Positions 1-9,300 of a DNA stretch of 64,000 nucleotides are shown one piece after another. The stretch spans positions 1,499-65,498 of the forward strand of contig CAZPHU010000002.1 of NCBI GenBank assembly GCA_964586285.1, in the 5' to 3' direction. Both the position numbers and the translations under genes were made by a program. Numbering within the stretch: the first letter of the stretch is position 1; every line of letters begins with the position of its first letter. Below the pieces are notes generated by a model that saw only the letters and a program-made list of their open reading frames with translations, was not told where the DNA came from and did no database searches. This DNA comes from an uncultured Fibrobacterota bacterium (lineage in GTDB: Bacteria; Fibrobacterota; Chitinivibrionia; Chitinivibrionales; CAYFVL01).

Positions 1-1
1 G

Positions 2-784
2 TCTTATTACCATAAATGGTATGCTCCCGAAAATGCCGTCCTTGTGGTTGTGGGCGATTTCGAAAGTCATACGGCTGTTTACGAGGCGGCCGAGAGCTAT
101 TTTGGTGCATTGGGCAATAAAGAATATAAATCTGACAATCATGGTAATTTTTCGCTTCCGGCACAGACACCCGGAAGGTGGATGAAAAGAAAAGTGGATT
201 TTGACGTACCCATGTTGATTGCCGGATTTAAAGCTCCGCCTGCAAACCATACGGCTGGGCTGGCGCTTGATATCATGCAGATGATAGCGGCTCAAGGTGA
301 AACAAGCAGAATGCATCGACAACTTGTTCGCCGCTCTTCTCTAGCGGTTATTGCCGGGGGAATGAACCATTTTCTTCGTATGGCCGGTATGAGTCTTTTT
401 TTTGCTGCATTTACTCCTGAGGTTTCAGTGAAAAAGCTGGATAGGGCTATGACCCGTGTTATAAATGACTTGAGAGAGAAGGGACCGGAGCCAAAAGAGA
501 TAGAAAAGGTGCGTAATGCGATGCTTACAGGTAGATCTTTCGAGCTGTACTCAGCGGAAAACATTTGCCAACGGCTTGGTTATGCCGAGGTTGTTGAAGG
601 AGATTATCGTCTCTGGGTTAAACGTCTTGAGGAGCTTCAAAAAATATCGAACGAGCAGCTTTTGAGTGCCGCCGGGACATACTGGGACGATAAGCAGCGT
701 TTTACGCTTTACCTCAGGCCGCGCCGGATAAAACCCATGATATATATGGCCGGAATTTTACGCAGAATTTTTCCCCGCAGCTAA
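2..784 (+). CDS. M16-family zinc peptidase, C-terminal part (gene begins upstream of the window)
   Basis: The frame is open from base 2 (SYYHKWYAPENAVLVVVGDF...), a conserved M16 block. The ORF-track entry 44..784 is only the first in-frame start. A second M16-like gene follows after 15 nt, the usual two-subunit layout. Confidence 0.75.
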   Translation, partial: SYYHKWYAPENAVLVVVGDFESHTAVYEAAESYFGALGNKEYKSDNHGNFSLPAQTPGRWMKRKVDFDVPMLIAGFKAPPANHTAGLALDIMQMIAAQGETSRMHRQLVRRSSLAVIAGGMNHFLRMAGMSLFFAAFTPEVSVKKLDRAMTRVINDLREKGPEPKEIEKVRNAMLTGRSFELYSAENICQRLGYAEVVEGDYRLWVKRLEELQKISNEQLLSAAGTYWDDKQRFTLYLRPRRIKPMIYMAGILRRIFPRS

Positions 785-799
785 ACAGGAAGACTTACA

Positions 800-2128
800 G
801 TGGAGATTACATACAAATTTCCTCCTTTTAGGGAGAATGTCCTGCCGAACGGACTCACGGTTATCTGGCTTGAAGACCACGAGCAACCCGTTCTAAAGGT
901 TGCGCTTCAGGTGCCGACCGGAAAGCAGTACGATCCCGTCAACCGTGAGGGGACGGCGGATCTGGCGGTTGCTCTTGCTCAGAAGGGGACTCTATCACAT
1001 GATGTGGAAGTTTTCTCCGACAGAATAGAAACTGCCGGAGCTCAGATATCCGGCAGTGTGGGGGAACAGATGCTTTCGCTTGATATACATGTGCTGCGCA
1101 GCCAGGCATCCTGTATAGTTCCGCTTTTTTGGGAAATGATTTGCGAACCGGCAATGAACGGCAAGGAATTTGAACGTTTAAAAAAGGAAATGCTTACTGA
1201 GTTGCAGGCCGAATATGCGGATCCCAGTGCGCTTGGTTCAAAACATCTGCAGGCAATGTTATTCGGCAGGAAACATCCCGGCGGTAGAGTTCAAACCACT
1301 CATTCGGTAAAGCAGGTTTCGTTGGAAGATGTAAGGTGGTTCTGGAATAATTATGTTTTCCCAAAAGGTTCGGTGCTTATAATTGCGGGAGCATTTGACG
1401 GTAAACAGAGAAGTGAATGGGAAGAGCTGTTTTGCAGTTGGAAAACCAACGCTTCAATCAAAGATGTACAGGTGGATTCGAAATCGTTGCCCAAGCGCTC
1501 GATTATTCGGCTGATCGATAAGCCCGATCTGAGTCAGACAACTATATTTCTGGCAACAAAAACTGTCGGTGAGTTACATCCTGACAAAACAGCGCTCTCT
1601 CTTGGCAACTACATTCTGGGTGGAGGCAACTTTTCAAGTCGTTTGATGAGCCGGGTACGTTCGGAAACAGGTAAAACTTACGGTATCTCCTCTCAACTGT
1701 CTTGCAGCAGGGAATGGGGGATGCTTACAGTCACCACAAATACCCAGAACCGCCAACTTAAAGAAGTTATCACCGTTATTAACGACGTTTTAACGGACAC
1801 TTTTGAGAATGGCATTTCCGAAGATGAATTGATAAAGGCCAAGCAATTTTCCATAGGTCATATGGCCTTTGAGTTTGAAGGTGTTCACAATGCGGCAGAA
1901 AAACTATTATGGCTCAAATTTTACGGAAGAGAAGTCGAGTATATAGAACGGTATGCCTCACGGCTGGAGATGATCGAGAGAGAAATGGTAAATAATGCGT
2001 TGAATGAGCATTTTAAAAGAGACGGCTATGCAATAATCGTGGTTGGAAAACGAGGCGAAATAGAATCCCAGCTTCAGGGTTTCGGTGATATTCATGTCAG
2101 GGGATTCAGGGATGACCCCTATAAATGA
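800..2128 (+). CDS. M16-family peptidase-like protein, probably the non-catalytic partner subunit
   Basis: 442 aa with an M16 two-domain layout (NGLTVIWLED..., GGGNFSSRLMSRVRSETGKTYGI). Where the HxxEH zinc motif is expected the sequence reads GTADLAVALAQKGT, with no His/Glu ligands. Confidence 0.7.
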   Translation: MEITYKFPPFRENVLPNGLTVIWLEDHEQPVLKVALQVPTGKQYDPVNREGTADLAVALAQKGTLSHDVEVFSDRIETAGAQISGSVGEQMLSLDIHVLRSQASCIVPLFWEMICEPAMNGKEFERLKKEMLTELQAEYADPSALGSKHLQAMLFGRKHPGGRVQTTHSVKQVSLEDVRWFWNNYVFPKGSVLIIAGAFDGKQRSEWEELFCSWKTNASIKDVQVDSKSLPKRSIIRLIDKPDLSQTTIFLATKTVGELHPDKTALSLGNYILGGGNFSSRLMSRVRSETGKTYGISSQLSCSREWGMLTVTTNTQNRQLKEVITVINDVLTDTFENGISEDELIKAKQFSIGHMAFEFEGVHNAAEKLLWLKFYGREVEYIERYASRLEMIEREMVNNALNEHFKRDGYAIIVVGKRGEIESQLQGFGDIHVRGFRDDPYK

Positions 2129-2616
2129 GTTTTGTCGCAATTAGTTTGGGAACGAATAAAGGTGATCGGGCCCGGTATATGGAGTCGATGCAAACAGGTA
2201 TAGGTGAAATTTTGCAAACTCCGCCTGTTTTTTCGCCTCTCATGGAAACCGAACCGGTTGATGTGGATGAAAATCAGCAGTGGTTTTACAACAGAATCGT
2301 ATGCGGTGAGTATTATAAGACGCCGGAGGAACTTCTTGACAGGTGCTTAAGTCTGGAGCGGTCGCTTGAAAGACAAAGGCCGTATAGATATGCACCTCGC
2401 ACAGCCGATGTCGATATCCTTTTCTTTGGTGAAATTGTAGTTCAATCGCGGCGTTTGACCATACCGCACCCGGCCTTGTTCAAACGCAGGTTTTGTATCG
2501 AGGGACTTGCCCGGATAATACCTGATTTTAGAGTAACAGGTCATAAAAGAACTTTTGGCGAGGAGCTGAAACATATGTCCGAAGAGGTCGCCGGGCAAAG
2601 AGTCTATTTTCATTGA
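2125..2616 (+). CDS. folK: 2-amino-4-hydroxy-6-hydroxymethyldihydropteridine diphosphokinase (HPPK)
   Basis: 163 aa with HPPK hallmark blocks RYAPRTADVDILFFG and LTIPHPAL. ATGA overlap with the upstream gene. Confidence 0.85.
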   Translation: MSFVAISLGTNKGDRARYMESMQTGIGEILQTPPVFSPLMETEPVDVDENQQWFYNRIVCGEYYKTPEELLDRCLSLERSLERQRPYRYAPRTADVDILFFGEIVVQSRRLTIPHPALFKRRFCIEGLARIIPDFRVTGHKRTFGEELKHMSEEVAGQRVYFH

Positions 2617-2646
2617 TAATGCGAAGGTTCGAAAGGTATTCGCTAT

Positions 2647-3345
2647 ATGGAGAAAAAGGAGTCGGGACAGCAACCGTTTTCATATTTGTGCATTGAAGGC
2701 GTAATCGGGGCCGGCAAAACCTCACTATGCAGGTTATTGAGCAAACGGTTGAATGCACGAGGTTTGTATGAAGAAGCGGATGAGAATCCGTTTTTGGGAA
2801 GTTTCTATCAAGACCGACATTCGTATGCTTTTCAAACTCAGGTTTGGTTCTTGCTTTCCCGGTATCGTCAGTTGTCGGAAGCCGGGCTTCAGCAGGATCT
2901 GTTTCACCCCGTTACGGTAGCGGATTACATGTTTGCAAAAGATAAGATTTTTGCAACAATCAATCTTGATGAAAATGAGTTGGCCCTATACAGCACAATA
3001 GCACAGACACTCGAAACCAAAATTCCCCGCCCCGACTATGTAGTTTACCTGCAGGTATCCACGGAAGTATTGCTAAAAAGAATAGAAATGAGGGGCAGAG
3101 ATTATGAAACCAATATAAGCCCATCCTATATCGCTGCGCTAAACGAGGCGTATAATCATTTCTTTTTCCATTATACTCAGTCTCCATTGTTGATTTTGAA
3201 TACGAATGAGATCGATTTCGTAAATAACCCCGACGATTTCGAGGAGATTTACAAACAGATAATAAATATAAGGCACGGAAGTGCATTTTATCACCCTCTG
3301 GGAAGCGGCAAAAACACAAAAAACAGGAAAGACCGGATATCATGA
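2647..3345 (+). CDS. Deoxynucleoside kinase family protein
   Basis: 232 aa with the P-loop IEGVIGAGKTSL at the N-terminus, DRHSYAFQTQ and a LID-like RIEMRGRDYE block, typical of dNK/dAK/dGK-type kinases. Confidence 0.8.
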   Translation: MEKKESGQQPFSYLCIEGVIGAGKTSLCRLLSKRLNARGLYEEADENPFLGSFYQDRHSYAFQTQVWFLLSRYRQLSEAGLQQDLFHPVTVADYMFAKDKIFATINLDENELALYSTIAQTLETKIPRPDYVVYLQVSTEVLLKRIEMRGRDYETNISPSYIAALNEAYNHFFFHYTQSPLLILNTNEIDFVNNPDDFEEIYKQIINIRHGSAFYHPLGSGKNTKNRKDRIS

Positions 3346-4199
3346 GAATAGTTAAACATCCTGTGGATATGCGAAACCTGAGTCTTACACTTCAGCGCAC
3401 CGGAAAGAGAGTGGGATTCGTACCTACGATGGGAGCTTTACACCAGGGGCACCTTTCGCTTCTGAAACTTGCTGAAGAGCAATCGGATGTCTCCGTGATG
3501 AGTATATTTGTCAATCCGACTCAGTTTGGTCCTGCCGAGGACTACAGCCGATATCCTCGTCCGTTCGAAGAAGATTGCCGGCTTGCGGAGAGTGCGGGCT
3601 GCGACATTTTGTTTGTACCCGATAAAAACCTGATGTATCCTCATGGGTTTCAGACTTTTGTAACTGTAGATGAAATCTCAAAGAAGCTTGAAGGAGCCGT
3701 GAGGCCAGATCATTTTCGAGGGGTGACTACCGTGGTTATGAAGCTGTTCAATATCATTCTTCCTCAAGTTGCCGTTTTCGGCCAAAAGGATGCGCAGCAG
3801 GTTATTGTAATAAAGCGTATGATTCAGGACCTTATGATCCCGGTTGAAATATTGGTTAAACCAACAATGCGTGAACCGGACGGATTGGCAATCAGCTCGA
3901 GGAATGTATATTTAAGTGAAAATGAAAGGGCAGAGGCTGCAGGCATATACTCCGCTCTTCAAGCGGTTGAAAAAGCCTTTTCTAAAGGAGAGAAAAAAGC
4001 CGATACTCTGAAAATGATGATTGAAGAGAAGCTTAGCCGGGCGCGATTTTTGCATGTAGAATATGCCGCTATTGTGGATATGCATGATTTGGAGCCGTTA
4101 AAGCGGATTGAAAAGAAGGCTTTAGTGGCCGTCGCGTGCAAAACCGACGAAACTCAAACACGATTAATAGATAACATTGCACTGGGAGGTTCATTCTGA
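3342..4199 (+). CDS. panC: Pantoate--beta-alanine ligase
   Basis: 285 aa with PTMGALHQGHLSL, FGQKDAQQ and ISSRN motifs. ATGA overlap with the upstream kinase gene. Confidence 0.95.
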   Translation: MRIVKHPVDMRNLSLTLQRTGKRVGFVPTMGALHQGHLSLLKLAEEQSDVSVMSIFVNPTQFGPAEDYSRYPRPFEEDCRLAESAGCDILFVPDKNLMYPHGFQTFVTVDEISKKLEGAVRPDHFRGVTTVVMKLFNIILPQVAVFGQKDAQQVIVIKRMIQDLMIPVEILVKPTMREPDGLAISSRNVYLSENERAEAAGIYSALQAVEKAFSKGEKKADTLKMMIEEKLSRARFLHVEYAAIVDMHDLEPLKRIEKKALVAVACKTDETQTRLIDNIALGGSF

Positions 4200-4231
4200 G
4201 TAGGTTTAAACAGACCCCGCTGATTTATAAT

Positions 4232-5482
4232 TTGTTCCCGCGTCATTTCAGGCGCATCGAAGAATGGACCGGTGTTCTTGATCATGCCGCCAAGATGGGC
4301 TTTAATCTTCTATTCGTAAACCCATTTCATGAAACGGGCTTTTCAGGCAGCCTTTATGCGGTAAAGAATTATTACAAAATAAATCCTATGTTTTTAGCAC
4401 CGGGAAGTGATCCAACCGATTGGAGTCCAATTAAGGAATTCGTTGAGCAGTGCCAAAAAAGAGGCATACGTGTGGTGATGGATTTGGTAATAAACCATAC
4501 TTCAATAGACTCGATTCTGGTCGAGAAACATCCGGATTGGTATCTCAGAGATGAAAAGGGGAAGGTAAAAAGCCCCTACGCAATAGATCCCGCCGATGAA
4601 AATAAAATAACCGTTTGGGGTGATCTGGCGGAAATCGACAATATGAACAGTCCCGATCGTGAATCGCTTTGGGATTATTGGGATAAACTAATCGCATTTT
4701 TTCAGGAGATGGACATTTTCATTTACCGATGCGATGCGGCATATCAGGTTCCCTCGCAGTTATGGAACCATTTGATCTCGAGGGCAAAAAAACGCAACGA
4801 AGAGACGCGTTTCCTTGCCGAAACCCTTGGTTGCAGGCTGGAGGAGATTGAGGCACTTGCCGATGCCGGGTTTGATTATCTTTTCAATTCGTCCAAATGG
4901 TGGAATTTCGATGAAACATGGGCAATAGAACAGCATGAGGCCAATGGAAAAATAGCACCAAGTTTCAGTTTCCCCGAATCTCACGACACCGAGAGGCTTG
5001 CTTCCGAGTCGGGAGGTAAACTCTCAGAGCAGAAGGCAAGATATCTTTTTGCAGCTCTTTTCTCCGAAGGGCTGCTGATGCCGATGGGTTTTGAATACGG
5101 CGCACGTAACAGAATGGATGTCGTAAAAGGTACCCCTGAAGATGCAAAAGAAAATATTGCCTGGAATCTTACCGATTGGATCACCAAAATAAACCAGATC
5201 AAAAAGACACACCCTGTTCTTAAGGAAGAGGGACATTGGGAGGCAATCAGTTCCCTTGAAGCTAATTTTGTTTTTCTCAGGAAACGATCGAGTTTCGGAG
5301 CCGCTCCAATGATTGTCGGAGTGAATAAGGAGTTTCACCCATGGGAGTTGCATTTAAATGATATCCCGGATGAGATAAAGGGCAAGAAAATGATCCGTCC
5401 TTTCCATGATCCGGACACCGTAGATATAATGGCCGGTCCAATCGCGCTGACCGAACGGGAAATAGTTATCTGGTTTGAATAA
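4232..5482 (+). CDS. Alpha-amylase family (GH13) enzyme, GlgE-like catalytic core
   Basis: The four GH13 conserved regions are readable: VVMDLVINHTS, IYRCDAAYQVP, FLAETLG and FPESHDTER. The block order resembles the maltosyltransferase (GlgE) core, but N-terminal domains are absent. The start is uncertain: TTG at 4232, with the frame open from 4175 and no ATG. Confidence 0.65.
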   Translation: MFPRHFRRIEEWTGVLDHAAKMGFNLLFVNPFHETGFSGSLYAVKNYYKINPMFLAPGSDPTDWSPIKEFVEQCQKRGIRVVMDLVINHTSIDSILVEKHPDWYLRDEKGKVKSPYAIDPADENKITVWGDLAEIDNMNSPDRESLWDYWDKLIAFFQEMDIFIYRCDAAYQVPSQLWNHLISRAKKRNEETRFLAETLGCRLEEIEALADAGFDYLFNSSKWWNFDETWAIEQHEANGKIAPSFSFPESHDTERLASESGGKLSEQKARYLFAALFSEGLLMPMGFEYGARNRMDVVKGTPEDAKENIAWNLTDWITKINQIKKTHPVLKEEGHWEAISSLEANFVFLRKRSSFGAAPMIVGVNKEFHPWELHLNDIPDEIKGKKMIRPFHDPDTVDIMAGPIALTEREIVIWFE

Positions 5483-5863
5483 GAAAGATCTCACACCAAC
5501 AACTATAAGAGTGGGCGTGTCCCTCTTGCGATGACAAAGTATCTTATCCACTTCTATGGCATATGGTATTAATGGAGTTTTGGGCCGTCGTCTTTGTTGT
5601 GTTATTTGGATGATCATGTACTTTATTTCATTCATTCAGGCTCCGAAAAGACTTGAAACAACTCGAGTCTCTTTCGGACATCTCTCGATGCATTACTGAT
5701 ATGAAGATTTCACGTCTGGAACCTACCATTAAGCCTTTGAGCTTTCAGCTAAAACAGGTGAAATTCGTGTGGTTAAGGGCAGGGGATGCGGCGCCTGTTC
5801 ATCCTGTTCGAGTTGTAAAAGCAGCGTTTATAGGTACTAAGATAAACCAGGGAGAGAAGAATT

Positions 5864-6121
5864 ATGCCGATGATTGATGCGCGGAATTTCCTAAAATCAT
5901 TACCGGTAAATAACAATCTGCGGGAAGAACTCAATCGGGCGACTTCCCGTAAGGAGATGTTATCCATTTTAAAAGATGCATCCTTTGATTTTACATTTGA
6001 TGAAATTGATGAAGCCTACAGGGCTTTGCTTGTGCAATGTCAGAATGAGGAAATAGCGGGCCATTTAGAGGAGATAAAGAACTGGTGGGATTTGCTGGTG
6101 GCGTATACTCCAGATAGATAA
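5864..6121 (+). CDS. Nif11-domain small protein (possible Nif11-type leader-bearing peptide)
   Basis: 85 aa with GGAGAG 7 nt upstream of the ATG. Residues 5-50 (ARNFLKSLPVNNNLREELNRATSRKEMLSILKDASFDFTFDEIDEAY) fit the Nif11 N-terminal helical pattern. Confidence 0.6.
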   Translation: MPMIDARNFLKSLPVNNNLREELNRATSRKEMLSILKDASFDFTFDEIDEAYRALLVQCQNEEIAGHLEEIKNWWDLLVAYTPDR

Positions 6122-6369
6122 ACATACTGGAGATCAGTAATTTAAGGCTGCTTCTATGTAAGTGCTGATTTTTGAAACCGGATATTTCGGGCGCAGTTTA
6201 CGATTGCTAAAATTGTTCCGTTTTGTATTTCTACTGTAATGACCATGAGACAATTAGCAGTGTCCAGTGCGTAGTTTCATGTTGTCTGTAGTTGCCGGTA
6301 CAGTGCCTATGTAAATCACATCGTTTGTCGTTCTCTTTATCTCTTGCCGAATTATTTAAGCCTTCGGTT

Positions 6370-9300
6370 TTAATTCGTGATCCCGAGGGGGATTTTCAGC
6401 TTTGTCTCACTGCCGCTTCCGTCCTCAATGACTAAAAATGCGGAGTAAGTACCTTCTCCAACAATGCGGCCGTTTTGGTTGCGCCCGTCCCATATACCCA
6501 GAAATGCATTATCTCGCAGTTGTAAGGTTTCACTGAATAAAACATTACCAATCGCGTCGAAAATGGTGCATGTAATTTGTACATTGCGCAGATCAACCGG
6601 TGTGGTTGGTTTTAACTTTATCATTATACTTTCACCTTTTGTTGATGGTGAGAAGGGATTTGGACCGGCCGATTTGCGCCAGGTCGCGGGAGGCCATACT
6701 ACTTTTACAGGGACTCTATTGTTAAGTGGGTTATCCTGAATTTTGCCTCTTGTGTCGGCCATTTCGGCATCCGGATTAATGTAAAGGGAGTCACCATTAG
6801 TGAAGAGAAGAGATTCATCGAGGTTGCTGTTCGGGATCGTGAAGTGGTAAGTCGTTTGACTCAAACCCGTCAAATGCATATCAGGAGCTAAGTCGGGCGA
6901 TCCGTCCTTCGGAGATAATGAAAATGGTTTTGAACCAAACGACAGCAAAATCGGTTCAGAAAGCAAAACCTTTAAGGTATCCGGTTGACGAGAATCGTTT
7001 TCCAGGTATGCTCCGGGATATACACGGGCGGAAAGAGCTACTGGCGCTGCACTGTCTGCAACAGGTGAAGTTATAGGATAGTCGGTGAAGCCGGAATAGG
7101 AAATTCTTATATCCATATTTGGGTTAGTCAACCTGTTTTCCGGATTAATTAGAGCTCCACCCACAGGAACTTTGATGGTGGAATCATTTATAAAGTCTAT
7201 ATGGTCCTTGGTGAGTGTTTCTCCCTTGGATTTCGAATTAAAATTCCAGAGTATTTTGACACTGGCGAATTCGGATCGATCCACACTACGTTTAAATCTA
7301 ACCGTTGCATAATCTACAAATCCGTCGGCATTACCATCGAAGTATGCTGCGGAGCTAATCGCCGCAGGCCCCTTTTTAAGCGTCAACACGACCGAGGGGT
7401 TGAGATCGTGAGGGAGATTTGCGTTGAGATCACTGATTAGACCGTTTTGACCTTTGGGAACCAGCCTGAGACTATCGCCGGCCTGTGGCAAGTCTGATTC
7501 AGATGAAACATTTACAATGAAAAGGTTTTCACCAAGAGAGTCGATGATGCTTTCAATAAAGAGAGGGATGGGATCCGAAAGTGATCCGTTTATTAGGAGC
7601 AGTTGATTTCCGTTTAAGGTAGAAGTAACTATCGATTCGCTGAAAGTTAAAACAAGAACATTCGATTCATTTCCCAGATTCTCAATGACCGATGCGGCGG
7701 TAAGTGCAGGGCCGACTCCGTCTACAAATGATCTTGAATTTTGCTTTTGCTCATCATCCCCACTCATATGAATCGTAACATTTCCGGTTGGCCGACTGTC
7801 TTTACCGCTAAGAGTGGTAAACGGTATGGATAGAAACAGATCCTGTTGGATTACCGACGATGCCGGAACAACGTATTTGTTTCCATTGTATTGTATTACG
7901 ACTGAATCGAGTTTCTGATTTTCGGCAAAATCACTTTGCAGAACAACTGAGAGCATGTCCGGAGAAAGGTCGCCGTTATCATCCAGCATAACGGCTGATT
8001 TGATTGACGGCCAGCTGGGAGCCGTATCAATTGTCAAGAACAGTGAATCCCCCAGAATATCCGGTTCATGCGCCGAAATTACCGAAGCTCCAGAACCAAC
8101 ATTGTTAATCGTTGCGGTCCACCTGTTTGCCTTTACAGTTGCTACTGTTATGTCTGAGCTGCTCCACGATGCGTTAGCATACCGTATGAATCGTCCGTTT
8201 CGGTCTCGGACGATCGCGTAGAGCGTGAAGCTATCCTGATTCGGACCAAGTGTAAGAGAATCCAGAATTTCATCTGTTGTCCGGTCGAAATTGATGGTAT
8301 CAAGTATTATATCAATATGGTAGGGTCTGCCGTCATCCTCGGATAAACAGAGAATGTTCGTGTGTGCACCGATATAATCAGTGGGATATCCGCGTATATT
8401 GGTGTAAGCCGTGTTCGAAATCGTGTCTCTGTAGCACTCACCCACAGTGGCCTTGAGCCACAGCGAGACAGAGTCACCGGCCTCGAGTACTTCATCACCA
8501 CCGACAACCGGCCAGGTGATATCGCCGCCGTTGTAATTCGCCGTAAGTTCTTTTCCCGCGAGTGGACCGGTCACGATCGTGCCGCCTGCGGAGGTAAAGG
8601 TCAGGTTGGAGGGAAGCGGGTCATGGATGGTCACATCGTAGGCAGCGTCGAAGTGGCTGTTCCAGTTCCATAATTTCGCCTCTGAAAAATCTTCGACATT
8701 CCTGACACCGGCATAACCGGCGCGAATGTCAATGCCGGTTTGGGTGACATTGGGAGATGGTTCGGTTGTATCTCCGGCCCAGAGACTAATCGTATCGCCG
8801 GCGAGCTTGACCTTGAAATTAAAATTCGGCGGTGTGGAGTTGAAGTCGGTGTAGGAAAAGCGTTGATCTTCTCCCACCTGCGTACCGCTATTGTAAAATT
8901 GCACCCGCATATCACCATAATCCCGAAACATGCGGATCTCCACAAAATCGTCTTCACTGCTGCGTGCGACCAGACTGAAACTCGAGTAGGTCGGGGGAAA
9001 AATCGTACCGCCGAAGGTGCCGTTGACCCCGTAGGAGTATGAGTGCACCATCATCCCGTCCTTTTGGTCATACACTATCGTATCTTGTGAGATGGTAAAA
9101 AGGCCGTTGCCGCCATGATCGAGCCATTCGCCGATATCGGAGGCGTCGGTGACGATCGACCCGTGAGTTTGCTTGTAGGCAATCGAATAGGTAACCGTAT
9201 CGTCAACCCCGTATACCATGCGATCAGCCTGTTTGTACATGGTCGTAGGAGGTAGGGGAGGCGGGGGCACGGAATCACAGGTGACGGTTACCGCTACGCT

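Noticed and set aside
5653-5877. A 74-aa TTG-initiated ORF upstream of the Nif11 gene.
   Set aside because: It has no Shine-Dalgarno, an unremarkable composition, and it overlaps the Nif11 start. It is more likely part of the 5' untranslated or promoter region. An imperfect hairpin at ~5641-5680 was noted but has no U-tract.
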